A stretch of 64,000 nucleotides of DNA, from NCBI GenBank assembly GCA_964469505.1, contig CAYXZO010000003.1:820-64819 (forward strand), read 5' to 3'. This stretch comes from an uncultured Lentisphaeria bacterium. GTDB lineage: Bacteria; Fidelibacterota; UBA8477; JABMPR01. Positions within the stretch are counted from its first letter, which is position 1. Each line of letters begins with the position of its first letter. Made by a program: the position numbers and the translations under genes. The notes under the pieces are model-generated. The model had not been told where the DNA came from, did no database searches, and saw nothing but the letters and a program-made list of their open reading frames with translations. Below are positions 8,732-18,418 of the stretch, piece after piece.

Positions 8732-9658
8732 CTATAACTCTAAGCGATTGGTGTAGAAATAGTTGCGCGGATTAACCGGAATATTGTTAACCCGCACTTC
8801 ATAGTGGAGATGGGGCCCCGTGGATCGGCCGGTATTCCCCGAATAGGCTATAAGTTGCCCCCGTTTCACCCGATCACCTATTTTCACCACGTACTGACTC
8901 AAATGGGCGTAGAGAGTCTTATAACCATAGCTATGGTTAATGACGATGGTCTTGCCATAACCGGTACGTCCGTTTTCCACCACCACCACTCCATCAGCAG
9001 TGGCATATACGGGTGTGCCGGTCAAAACGGCGAAATCCTGTCCATAATGGAAGCGTGGTTCACCGGTGAAAGGATCAGGCCGCATTCCGAAGCCGGAAAC
9101 CAAGAAACCCGTTCTTACCGGCGGAATGGATGGTAGACGGCGGAGACGATCCACATCCTTGTTAAGTTTGGAATAAATCTGTTCGTAACTAATTCGCTGT
9201 AGGTTCAGGGAACGGCTCAGGGTCTGAAGTTCGATATTGAGATTTTCCAGTAAATCGTCGCCGTGGGGTACGATTTCTTTGAAATTCTCATTGACTTTTT
9301 CGAGGCTACCTCCTACCCCCAGGGAGCGAACCGATTCATCCAGTTCCGGTAAAGCAGCATAGCTGCGCAAGGCATCATCCCGTAAGGACAGTTGTTGGAC
9401 CTGTTGTTCCGCCTCCTGCAGGCGGCTCTTCAAATCCTCCATTAATTTCACCAGCTGCCGGTTCTCCCTTTTCAGGGCCTGAACCCGGGCCCTATAAGCG
9501 AAATTGTCAATTTTTATTAACGCTATGGCAATCAGAATTGCCGAAAGCAGGGAAAACAACAGCCAGGGGGGCATTCTGAAATTCAGGCCACCCTTTTCCT
9601 TTACCTCAAGGGTGTCCAGATTAACGTAAAAGGCCTTATCGGTGGCTCTACTTCTCAT
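8732..9658 (-). CDS. Peptidase M23 family (EnvC/NlpD-like) with N-terminal TM and coiled coil
   Basis: Coiled-coil region followed by the LytM signature (HYGQDF, GNTGRSTGPHLHYEV). Confidence 0.8.
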   Translation of the reverse strand: MRSRATDKAFYVNLDTLEVKEKGGLNFRMPPWLLFSLLSAILIAIALIKIDNFAYRARVQALKRENRQLVKLMEDLKSRLQEAEQQVQQLSLRDDALRSYAALPELDESVRSLGVGGSLEKVNENFKEIVPHGDDLLENLNIELQTLSRSLNLQRISYEQIYSKLNKDVDRLRRLPSIPPVRTGFLVSGFGMRPDPFTGEPRFHYGQDFAVLTGTPVYATADGVVVVENGRTGYGKTIVINHSYGYKTLYAHLSQYVVKIGDRVKRGQLIAYSGNTGRSTGPHLHYEVRVNNIPVNPRNYFYTNRLEL

Positions 9659-9771
9659 CCTCCAACTGGCCTTAAACCTATTATCTCCTCAATTCCTCTC
9701 GTCTGGTTGGAAGTAGTATAGAGCCCCAAGCTTAATCAAGCAAGTTATAATCCACCCCTCCCGGGGGAAGA

Positions 9772-10161
9772 TCAGTCGTTATTATCCGTTTCCTGGGGTT
9801 CGGAGGGTTCGGCGGGGGCGGTGCCTTCCTCCGCGGCTAAAATGGTCTCCAACGCCTTTTCTTTTTCCTGGATCTCATTACCCAGGCGCTGTAACTCTTC
9901 GATTTTTTCTTTGAATTTTTTGGTTCGCAGAAAACCACTCAGTTTGCCTGCAAGAGCTTGCTGGTAAACCTCCGTTCCCAGGTCGGTGAACAGTTTAGCT
10001 TGGGCCCGCTTCAACTGGACCATCTCCAGCCGATATTTGCCGGTCCGCGTAAGTTCTTCGGCCTTATTGGAGGCGATTTTACCGAACTCTTCGGCCTTTT
10101 CCACCGCCAGAGTGCTGAAATCACGGAGGCTTTTCTTTACATCTTCCCACAAATTTGTCAT
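9772..10161 (-). CDS. Small coiled-coil protein, phasin-like; function unknown
   Basis: 129-aa ORF, alpha-helical and charged, with an acidic tail. No recognisable catalytic motif. Confidence 0.35.
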   Translation of the reverse strand: MTNLWEDVKKSLRDFSTLAVEKAEEFGKIASNKAEELTRTGKYRLEMVQLKRAQAKLFTDLGTEVYQQALAGKLSGFLRTKKFKEKIEELQRLGNEIQEKEKALETILAAEEGTAPAEPSEPQETDNND

Positions 10162-10219
10162 AACCAGCTCCTGTCTCTCTTGCTCACGAAATAAAATATA
10201 ATCACGGAGCAGCCGATAG

Positions 10220-11656
10220 CTATGCCTCTTTTAACCGATTAAGTAGCATCTCCCTAACCTGCTGCGGATTGGCGCGTCCTTTAGAGCGTTTCATTACCTG
10301 TCCCATGAAGAAACCCAATAATCGCTCTTCACCATCCCGGTAACGCTGCACCTCTGCGGGATGGTCGGCTAGTACTCCTTGCACCAGTTCATCAATGGCT
10401 TCCCGGCTGTCCACCTGGGCCAGGCCCGATTTTTCAATCAGCTCCTGAACCGGGACCTTAGACTCCAGCATTTGCTCGAAAATCTGGCGGGCAGCTTGGT
10501 GATTCAGCTTACCAGCCTGTTCGGCCTTGATCAATTCTCCTAAGCGCTCGGGTGTGATGGGGAATTCAGAAAGGGGTAAATCCCGCTCCTTTTGAATTCG
10601 CAATACCTCGGAAGCAACCCAGGCGGCAGCTTTACGGGGGGGAACCTGAGTGGCGGCTACTTTTTCAAAATAATCGGCTATTTCCAGACTGCCGGTAAGG
10701 ATGCGGATCATCTCATCGTTCAATGCATACTGCTCTTGAAAACGCTGCTCCTTTTCCCAAGGCAGTTCCGGCAATTCATTCTGGATGTCAGTAATAAACT
10801 TTTCTTCCAGCGCTAGGGGCAACAAGTCCGGCTCCGGGAAATAGCGGTAATCATGGGCAGCCTCTTTACGCCGCATAATCTCAGCAGTGCCCTTGGCGTC
10901 ATTCCAAAGCAACGTAACCTGCTCAATCCGTCCGCCCTGTTTCAGTACTTCAATCTGCCGCTTTATTTCATAGGCCAGTGCCTGCTCCACTGCTTTGAAA
11001 GAATTCATGTTCTTGACTTCCGTCTTAACTCCCAAGGTATCCTGTCCCACCGGCCTGACCGATACGTTAGCATCCACTCGCAGTGAGCCTTCTTCCATAT
11101 TACAATCGGAAACCGCAGTGTACTCCAAAACCTGTTTCAAACGAGCCAAATAAGCCCGAGCTTCAGCTGGAGAGCGAATATCGGGGCGACTTACAATTTC
11201 AATCAAACCTACCCCGCAACGATTAAAATCCACCCCGGTGCCAGCTCCGTAACCATGCAGGGATTTCCCTGCGTCTTCTTCGATGTGCACCCTGATGATA
11301 CCCACTTCCCGGTCTTCACCATTAACTTTGAATCTTAATCGCCCATTGGTTGCCAAAGGCTCATCGTACTGGGAAATCTGGTAGCCCTTGGGGAGATCGG
11401 GATAGAAATAGTTCTTACGCGCCATTCGGCTGTTATGATGAATGGTACACCCTAGAGCCAAACCCGCTTTCACCGCCAGATGTATCACTTCCCGGTTCAG
11501 AACCGGTAAACTACCCGGTAGCCCCAAGCAGATGGGACAAACCTGGGTGTTGGGTTCGGCTCCATATTCCGTGCTACAACCGCAAAAAATCTTGCTGACG
11601 GTGCTCAACTGAGCATGGACTTCCAATCCTATTACGCTTTCATACTCCATAAACAC
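10220..11656 (-). CDS. gatB: Asp-tRNA(Asn)/Glu-tRNA(Gln) amidotransferase subunit B
   Basis: The N-terminus VIGLEVHAQL, the conserved GatB core and a C-terminal YqeY-like tail. 478 aa. Confidence 0.9.
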   Translation of the reverse strand: MFMEYESVIGLEVHAQLSTVSKIFCGCSTEYGAEPNTQVCPICLGLPGSLPVLNREVIHLAVKAGLALGCTIHHNSRMARKNYFYPDLPKGYQISQYDEPLATNGRLRFKVNGEDREVGIIRVHIEEDAGKSLHGYGAGTGVDFNRCGVGLIEIVSRPDIRSPAEARAYLARLKQVLEYTAVSDCNMEEGSLRVDANVSVRPVGQDTLGVKTEVKNMNSFKAVEQALAYEIKRQIEVLKQGGRIEQVTLLWNDAKGTAEIMRRKEAAHDYRYFPEPDLLPLALEEKFITDIQNELPELPWEKEQRFQEQYALNDEMIRILTGSLEIADYFEKVAATQVPPRKAAAWVASEVLRIQKERDLPLSEFPITPERLGELIKAEQAGKLNHQAARQIFEQMLESKVPVQELIEKSGLAQVDSREAIDELVQGVLADHPAEVQRYRDGEERLLGFFMGQVMKRSKGRANPQQVREMLLNRLKEA

Positions 11657-11701
11657 CTCTCACCATAAGCAGAAAATCAGTCTGGGGAACGATTCTGCAT
11701 C

Positions 11702-13273
11702 TCAATCCAGCGGAACCACAACGGTTTCAAATACTTCGGGGATTTCCGCCAGACGCTTAATTACTTCCGCTGATGGTCGTTCGTCACAGCGGATAACTCC
11801 CAAAGCTACGTTCTGAGCTCTATTCCGACTTAAAGTATAAGCTGCGATATTTACCCCCGCCTGTCCTAGAACGGTGCCCACTGCCCCAATTACGCCCGGT
11901 TTATCCTCATTCTCCAGAAAAATCAACGTGCCTGCTAGTTTCATCTCCACGGCGTAATCGTCAACCATCTTGAGGTGAAATTCGCCATTCTCCCCCACTA
12001 CACCACTTAGACGTCGGTACTTGCCATCAGCTGCCTGGCCTTCCAGTCTCAATTCTGGAGAAGAATTTCCTGGCTTCAATGCCAGAGTGCATAAACCATA
12101 CTCCGCGGCTAATGCGGAGGCATTCACCAGATTTACCGGAATTTCCCGTCGCGGAGCCAGGAACCCCTGCAGGGCTGAGGCCATTAAATAATCCAGATCC
12201 CCCTGGGCGACCTGGGCATATAGTTTCAATTCCTGGCAGGGCCCTGGTAGCAAAAGGTGCATTATGCGTCCCAAAATGCCGGCCAGGTGGGCTTGAGGTC
12301 GAAGCAGTCGCATATCACTGGAGGCGGTAATGGGTAGATTGACAGCGTTGAGGGGCTGCTCTTCAAGCAAGTAATCCCGGATCTGAACACAAATCTGGCG
12401 GGCGACTCGTTCACCGGCCTCTCGTGTGGAAGCTCCAAGGTGCGGTGTGAAAAGCACATTGGTTACTTTGAGTAACGGATAATCGGCTGGTGGAGGTTCT
12501 TGTTCAAAACTGTCAGCGGCATATCCGGCTAGCCGCTCTTCCTGCAGAGCTTCGGCACAAGCTGTCTCGTCCACCAGACCACCCCGAGCACAATTGATCA
12601 GATAGGCAGTGGATTTCATAAGCCGTAACTCGGCAGCGCCGATTAAATGCCTTGTTTCCGGAGTCAGGGGGGTATGCAAGGTCACGATGTCCGCCCGCTG
12701 GAGCAGTTCTTCCAACCCGGTAAAGGCTACCTGGCGTAAAGGAAAGCCCCGGGGGTCAAGGTAAGGATCGAAACCCAGCAGACGCATTTCCAGCCCCAGA
12801 GCGCGCTGAGCCACCGCCCGACCGATACGTCCCAGGCCGATTATTCCCAGGGTTTTGCCCGCCAATTCTTCCCCCTTCAAACGGTGGCGGTCCCAGGAGC
12901 CCCGTATCACCTGGGCGTGTCCCTGGTGCACTTTACGAATCAAACCAAAAATCAGAGCCAGGGTATGCTCGGCTGCGGCAATGGTATTGCCATCCGGAGC
13001 ATTCATGACCAGGATTCCCCGTCGGGTTGCAGCAGCCACATCGATGTTATCCACCCCTACCCCCGCCCGGCCAATCACCTTTAGGCGGGGGGCCAGAGCC
13101 ATATATTCATCGGTAACTCGACTTCCACTCCGGACGATCCAGGCTGAGACTTCAGGCAGAATCTTCATCCAGCGGTCACTTTCCGAGAAAGGAATCTGCT
13201 CTACTTCCAGGCCCGCCGCTTCCAGCAGACGGGGCCCGGCCGCCGCCAAAGGATCAGTGATGAGCACTTTCAT
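11702..13273 (-). CDS. serA: D-3-phosphoglycerate dehydrogenase (long form with ASB and ACT domains)
   Basis: NAD-binding motif GLGRIGRAVA, the 2-hydroxyacid dehydrogenase catalytic region and a C-terminal ACT domain. 523 aa. Confidence 0.9.
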   Translation of the reverse strand: MKVLITDPLAAAGPRLLEAAGLEVEQIPFSESDRWMKILPEVSAWIVRSGSRVTDEYMALAPRLKVIGRAGVGVDNIDVAAATRRGILVMNAPDGNTIAAAEHTLALIFGLIRKVHQGHAQVIRGSWDRHRLKGEELAGKTLGIIGLGRIGRAVAQRALGLEMRLLGFDPYLDPRGFPLRQVAFTGLEELLQRADIVTLHTPLTPETRHLIGAAELRLMKSTAYLINCARGGLVDETACAEALQEERLAGYAADSFEQEPPPADYPLLKVTNVLFTPHLGASTREAGERVARQICVQIRDYLLEEQPLNAVNLPITASSDMRLLRPQAHLAGILGRIMHLLLPGPCQELKLYAQVAQGDLDYLMASALQGFLAPRREIPVNLVNASALAAEYGLCTLALKPGNSSPELRLEGQAADGKYRRLSGVVGENGEFHLKMVDDYAVEMKLAGTLIFLENEDKPGVIGAVGTVLGQAGVNIAAYTLSRNRAQNVALGVIRCDERPSAEVIKRLAEIPEVFETVVVPLD

Positions 13274-14351
13274 GGCTCAGTTCCTCAATTATCTCATCTA
13301 ACACAGCCGTAACTTCTTGCATATCCTCGAGGGTCAAATCTCCCATATGGGCCAAACGGAAGGTCCTACCTTTCAGGGGACCGTACCCTCCGGATACTTG
13401 AAATCCTCGCCGGTCAGCGCTGGTCACCAGTGCCCCGTAATCCAGGTCCATTTTATTGGCAAAACAAGTGAGTGTATCGGAGGCATAAGCGGGATCGGGG
13501 AACAAACCGAAGCGTTTTACCCCCCAGTTGCGAACAAAATCGGCCATTTCCCGGTGGCGGGCGAATCGCTCCGTCTTCCCTTCCGCTCGCATTTGCTGCA
13601 ATTGTACCCGTAAGGCAAAGATATGGGGTAGTGAAGGAGTTACCAGGGTCTGATTTTTATCCGCGGCGCGCACAAGGCGAGGGAAATCGAAGTAATAGCC
13701 CCGCTGGGATTGGGGTACCTGTTCCGCCCGGCGCAAAGCCCGTTCATTCAGAGCCAGGATCGCGAACCCCGGTGGAAGGGCCCAGGCTTTTTGAACACTG
13801 GCAAAAACCACATCAACACCCCAGGCGTCCATTTCCAATGGTAAACCGGCCATGGCACTTACAGCATCCACTACCAGCAAGACCTCAGGGAATTTGCGAA
13901 CAACAGCAGCTATTTCCTGCAAGGGGTTAGTGAGTCCGGTGGAAGTCTCGTTGTACACCACGGTAACCACATCGTATTCATCTTGAGCGAGGGCCTGCTC
14001 CACTTCTTCGGGCTGGTTAGCCCGGCCCCAGGGAACCTCAAGAGTGGTTTGGGGCAGACCGCAGGCGGCGGTAATGTCTGCCTGGCGCTGAGAAAAAGCG
14101 CCACACACCAAGTTGAGCACTTTCTTACGACATAAGTTGCGCACCGCTGCTTCCATCAGGCCAGTGGCGCTGGAGGTGGACAGGATTACCCAGCTGCTGG
14201 TAGCTAGGAGCCAGCGTACTCCATCCACAACTTCCTGATGCAACCGGCGGAACTCAGAACTGCGATGTCCTACGGGATAGGTGCCACAGGCCTGTAGAAT
14301 CTCGGGCCGCACATGGGTTGGTCCGGGAATGAACAGCTTTTTACCGCTCAA
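13254..14351 (-). CDS. Class V aminotransferase (phosphoserine / serine-glyoxylate aminotransferase type)
   Basis: N-terminus LFIPGPT, a PLP-fold class V pattern, and adjacency to serA. 365 aa. Confidence 0.75.
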   Translation of the reverse strand: MSGKKLFIPGPTHVRPEILQACGTYPVGHRSSEFRRLHQEVVDGVRWLLATSSWVILSTSSATGLMEAAVRNLCRKKVLNLVCGAFSQRQADITAACGLPQTTLEVPWGRANQPEEVEQALAQDEYDVVTVVYNETSTGLTNPLQEIAAVVRKFPEVLLVVDAVSAMAGLPLEMDAWGVDVVFASVQKAWALPPGFAILALNERALRRAEQVPQSQRGYYFDFPRLVRAADKNQTLVTPSLPHIFALRVQLQQMRAEGKTERFARHREMADFVRNWGVKRFGLFPDPAYASDTLTCFANKMDLDYGALVTSADRRGFQVSGGYGPLKGRTFRLAHMGDLTLEDMQEVTAVLDEIIEELSHESAHH

Positions 14352-15631
14352 TCTTCCAGTGCCCGCAATACGAAACCAGTGGGTAGCTTAGGATAATAGT
14401 AAGTCGATTTGGGAGGTAAGCGCGATCCACCTCCGGCAATTTCGTATATCAACCGAGGATCAGGATAATTGAGGATCCAGCCCAGTACGTCACCCTGGCG
14501 AATCGCTTTCCAGAAGCTATCCAGGTCGTGGTGGTAGCCCAGACGGAGAGCCCTTTCCCGATCATTATCTTTAAAACCCAGAATATCCTGGAAAATGAAC
14601 TTGTCTAGAATAACCGTGTCCAGGCGAGCCAGCCGCGGATCAGGAAGGGTAAGCTCCAACTCCCGCAGGGCAGCTGGTTTGACTTCCAGGCGGTAAATGG
14701 TGTCGTTTCCGTCCGCCATGAAAAAGATACGCGAATCGTGCCCCAGAGAGATTTCGTCAGCTGAAACCCGGGTCACATCAAAGCTGTGGTACAAGCGATC
14801 CATCAGTTGCCGCGAAGAAAAGCCGGGAAAGGGCTTTAAGGTGCGATGGGTGGGGTAAATCACCAGCCCCGGATCGGAGCTGGACACGAAATAGCCCATC
14901 ACATAGTTGGCATCCAATTCTTCCAAACCGGTTTCACTGCGACGCTGCAGCATGTACTGTCTTAAAGTCTCGTACCGGTGGTGCCCATCGGCAATGAACA
15001 ATGGCTTATCAGCCATCATTTCCTGGATCGTCTCCAAAATCTCACTATCCTGAATTACGTAGCACACGTTATCCACACCGGAAGTTTCATCCTGCCCCTC
15101 AAGTTTGAGAATTGCTTTGGGCACTCCCTCATCAAGAACCTGGGTCATCTGGTTCTCGGGGTCTTCGAAGGTGAAAAAGATCTGGCTGAAATTGGCCCGG
15201 GTAGTGGTTACCAAGCGCAGACGATCCAGAATCGGCCCGGACAGGGTGTGTTCATGGGCGCGAACAGTATCAGGGCCGTAATCGGCAATATTAACCAAAG
15301 CGATGAAGCCCCGGCGGAGGTGTTTTTCTCCATCAGGACCGGTGAAAAACTGATGCAGGTAAAACACCGCCGGCTCTGTCAACCGGGTCAGAATCTCCTT
15401 TGCCTGCCATTCGTTAAACAAACGGGCCGCTTCCTGGTAAAAGGAATCCTCAAAGTAGTCCCCGTGGCGCTGTTCCCCCAGAATCAGCCTGACGATGTTG
15501 TAAGGTGAACGTTCTTTTAAAAAACGCTTCTCCGCATCGGAAATGATGTCATAAGGAGGAGCAATTACATCTGTAAGATTAGGGAATCGCTCCGGATTAT
15601 AAATAATCCCGCAAAAGGGGTAAATATTCAT
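14348..15631 (-). CDS. DUF1015 family protein
   Basis: 427-aa ORF with a DUF1015-like N-terminus (MNIYPF...IYNPE). Overlaps the aminotransferase stop by 4 nt. Confidence 0.6.
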   Translation of the reverse strand: MNIYPFCGIIYNPERFPNLTDVIAPPYDIISDAEKRFLKERSPYNIVRLILGEQRHGDYFEDSFYQEAARLFNEWQAKEILTRLTEPAVFYLHQFFTGPDGEKHLRRGFIALVNIADYGPDTVRAHEHTLSGPILDRLRLVTTTRANFSQIFFTFEDPENQMTQVLDEGVPKAILKLEGQDETSGVDNVCYVIQDSEILETIQEMMADKPLFIADGHHRYETLRQYMLQRRSETGLEELDANYVMGYFVSSSDPGLVIYPTHRTLKPFPGFSSRQLMDRLYHSFDVTRVSADEISLGHDSRIFFMADGNDTIYRLEVKPAALRELELTLPDPRLARLDTVILDKFIFQDILGFKDNDRERALRLGYHHDLDSFWKAIRQGDVLGWILNYPDPRLIYEIAGGGSRLPPKSTYYYPKLPTGFVLRALED

Positions 15632-15758
15632 GCCGCCCTCGCTTGGTTTTGTTGCTCTGACATGGGAGTGGAATTTAGAACCAAACCGGCCCCTTACAAG
15701 GTCATGTTTATAAATCGAGTCTGGGAAGCATTTATCATTTTTCCGGTAAACAGGAGAA

Positions 15759-17111
15759 GTGATTGATATTTCTGACCTGAACTACAAAAACGTTCTTACC
15801 CTGGTATGTGCCGTTTATTTTCACGCCGTGCGTATTCTGGAAGTAGAACCGAACAGTATTGCCGCCCAATATAGACTCCGGGCCGGCGATGATTTACGCC
15901 GGATCAACGGCCATCCCATTAGGGACGCACTGGATTACCAATTCTATGCGGCCGACTCCCAGCTGGAACTAGCAATAGCCCGGGAAGGTAAGCTGCTCAC
16001 CATCCAGATACACAAGCTGCCGGAAGAAGAGCTGGGAGTGGAGGTTGAACCGCTGAAAATTCGACCCTGCGCCAACAATTGCGTATTCTGTTTCGCCGAT
16101 CAAAATCCACCCGGAGTACGGGAATCTCTGAATTTTAAAGATGGTGACTACCGTTTCAGTTTTCTGGCCGGGCATTATATCACCATGACCAATATGGGAC
16201 CAAAACATTTGGAGCGGGTCGTTCAACAAAGATTGAGTCCGTTATACATTTCAGTGCACGTCACGAATCCTGATGTACGCCGGAAACTATTCGGGCTTAA
16301 GAAAGAGGATTATTTACTGGAGAAAATTGAATATCTGGTTGCGCATGGAATAGAACTACACACTCAGATCGTAGTATGTCCCGGGTGGAATGATGGACAG
16401 GTACTGGAGCAAACTTTGGCGGACTTGCACCGGTTTACCCCAGGCATCCTATCGATCACCCTGGTACCGGTAGGACTCACTAAATGGCGTCAAAACCTGA
16501 CCCCTTTACAGAAAGTGACCGCAGGATATGCCAAGGAATTCCTTGCCCGGGTCCCCATCTGGGAAGGGGAATATCGCCGATCTGACGGTCAACGGCTGAT
16601 TTTCCTGAGTGACGAGTGGTTCTTGTTGGCGGGCGCGCCCATCCCCCCGACAGATTATTATGGTGACTTTGCCCTGTTGGAAAACGGGGTCGGTCAATGT
16701 CGGAATCTGGCAGAAACGTTGGCAATTGAAAAAGAGGACCTACCATCGCGTTTAAGCCGACCGGTACGTCTGTTATTCCCAACCGGCCGCTTAGTGGCGC
16801 CTTGGTTGAAAAGGTTGTTGCGTTCCCACCTGGATTCCATTGAGAACTTGGAATGGGAGCTGATACCCGTGGCTAATAACTGGCTGGGAGCTAATGAAGT
16901 AACCGTCACGGGATTACTGGGGGGACGGGATATTAGCGAGCAAGTACGGGCATATGGTCCCGCTGATATGGTTTGGCTCCCGGAAAAGATTTTCAATTCC
17001 GATGGTCTTACCCTGGACGATTGGGACCTGGAGAAACTGGAAAGGGAAATAGGTTTGCCGGTAGATTTACATCATGAAAGTCTGGTGGAGATATTAGCTC
17101 CATGGAGCTGA
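15759..17111 (+). CDS. Radical-SAM-like Fe-S protein with N-terminal PDZ-like domain (DUF512 family)
   Basis: GTG start preceded by an AGGAGA ribosome-binding site. Cx3Cx2C motif (CANNCVFC). 450 aa. Confidence 0.55.
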   Translation: MIDISDLNYKNVLTLVCAVYFHAVRILEVEPNSIAAQYRLRAGDDLRRINGHPIRDALDYQFYAADSQLELAIAREGKLLTIQIHKLPEEELGVEVEPLKIRPCANNCVFCFADQNPPGVRESLNFKDGDYRFSFLAGHYITMTNMGPKHLERVVQQRLSPLYISVHVTNPDVRRKLFGLKKEDYLLEKIEYLVAHGIELHTQIVVCPGWNDGQVLEQTLADLHRFTPGILSITLVPVGLTKWRQNLTPLQKVTAGYAKEFLARVPIWEGEYRRSDGQRLIFLSDEWFLLAGAPIPPTDYYGDFALLENGVGQCRNLAETLAIEKEDLPSRLSRPVRLLFPTGRLVAPWLKRLLRSHLDSIENLEWELIPVANNWLGANEVTVTGLLGGRDISEQVRAYGPADMVWLPEKIFNSDGLTLDDWDLEKLEREIGLPVDLHHESLVEILAPWS

Positions 17112-18418
17112 AATTACCGCTGGTAGTTATTGTTGGTCGGCCAAATGTGGGGAAATCCACCTTGTTCAACCGGTTGGTGGGACGGCGTCATGCTATCGTA
17201 CACCCCCAGGAAGGGATAACCCGCGATCGAATAGCGGAAGAAGTGGAATGGAACGGGCGCCGTTTCAGACTGGAGGATACAGGGGGGTACCTACCCCAGG
17301 GAGAAGATGAAATCACCGCCGCCGTCAGGGAACAGGCTTTGGCCGCCGCCCAGGAAGCTCAAGTAGTTATTTTCTTACTGGATGCCCGGGTGGGTCTCAC
17401 CGAAGAAGACATCATATTGGGCCGGATGCTTCGGAAATCGTTCGATAAAGTACTGGTAGCGGCCAACAAGCTAGATACTCCCGGACGGCTGGAAGAATTG
17501 CCTGACCTTTACCGCCTGGGCTGGTCTCAGATTTTCCCCATCAGTGCCCTCAACGGCACCGGAGTGGGTGACCTGTTAGACGCGGTAATTGAGAAGCTCC
17601 CCGAGTCCAAGGTTGTTCCGCCGGAAAAGAAAGTAGTTAGTTTTGCGATTGTCGGAGCCCCCAACGTGGGAAAATCCAGTTTGACCAATGCTCTGTTGGG
17701 GCAAAAACGGCAGATTGTAACCTCCATCCCCGGCACTACCCGTGATGCGGTCAATGCAACCTTCAAATACTATGGTCGCCTGTACGAGATGATTGATACG
17801 GCAGGGCTACGGCGCCAGGCAAAAATCAAAGACTCCTTAGAATTTTACAGTTCGGTCCGTACACAACGGGCCATTCGGCGCGCGGAGATCGTAGTATTGC
17901 TCCTGGACGTGGAACGTATGTTCACCAGGGTGGATGCCAAAGTAGTGGAACAGGTAACGGAAGCCGGTCGTGGCCTGGTGATCGCCATGAACAAATGGGA
18001 TTTACCGGAAAAAACCACCCACACCATGGATCTGATCCGTCGGGAGATCCAGGACCAATTGCCGGAATTGCGTCATTACCCGCTGGTGTTTATCTCTGCT
18101 TTGAAGAAGCGGCGTCTACATACTTTGATGGCTGCCATAGATGAAGTCCACGCAGCCTACCATAGACGTATTTCAACCTCTGAGGCCAATCATTTTCTGG
18201 AAGATGCGCTAGGGCAGCTACAACCACCGGCGGTGAAAGGTAAAAAAATCACTATCAAATACATGACCCAGGCGGAAACAGCTCCTCCACGCTTTCTGTT
18301 CTTTACCAACCATCCGCGTTTGATTACCGAATCCTACCGCAAATACCTGGAAAACAAACTAAGGGAGCGCTTTAATTTCGTCGGGGTACCCTTGAGGTTG
18401 ACCTTCCGTAAAAAATGA
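17102..18418 (+). CDS. der: Ribosome-biogenesis GTPase Der (EngA), tandem GTPase domains plus KH-like C-terminus
   Basis: Two P-loops (GRPNVGKST, GAPNVGKSS) and DTAG motifs. 438 aa. Confidence 0.9.
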   Translation: MELKLPLVVIVGRPNVGKSTLFNRLVGRRHAIVHPQEGITRDRIAEEVEWNGRRFRLEDTGGYLPQGEDEITAAVREQALAAAQEAQVVIFLLDARVGLTEEDIILGRMLRKSFDKVLVAANKLDTPGRLEELPDLYRLGWSQIFPISALNGTGVGDLLDAVIEKLPESKVVPPEKKVVSFAIVGAPNVGKSSLTNALLGQKRQIVTSIPGTTRDAVNATFKYYGRLYEMIDTAGLRRQAKIKDSLEFYSSVRTQRAIRRAEIVVLLLDVERMFTRVDAKVVEQVTEAGRGLVIAMNKWDLPEKTTHTMDLIRREIQDQLPELRHYPLVFISALKKRRLHTLMAAIDEVHAAYHRRISTSEANHFLEDALGQLQPPAVKGKKITIKYMTQAETAPPRFLFFTNHPRLITESYRKYLENKLRERFNFVGVPLRLTFRKK

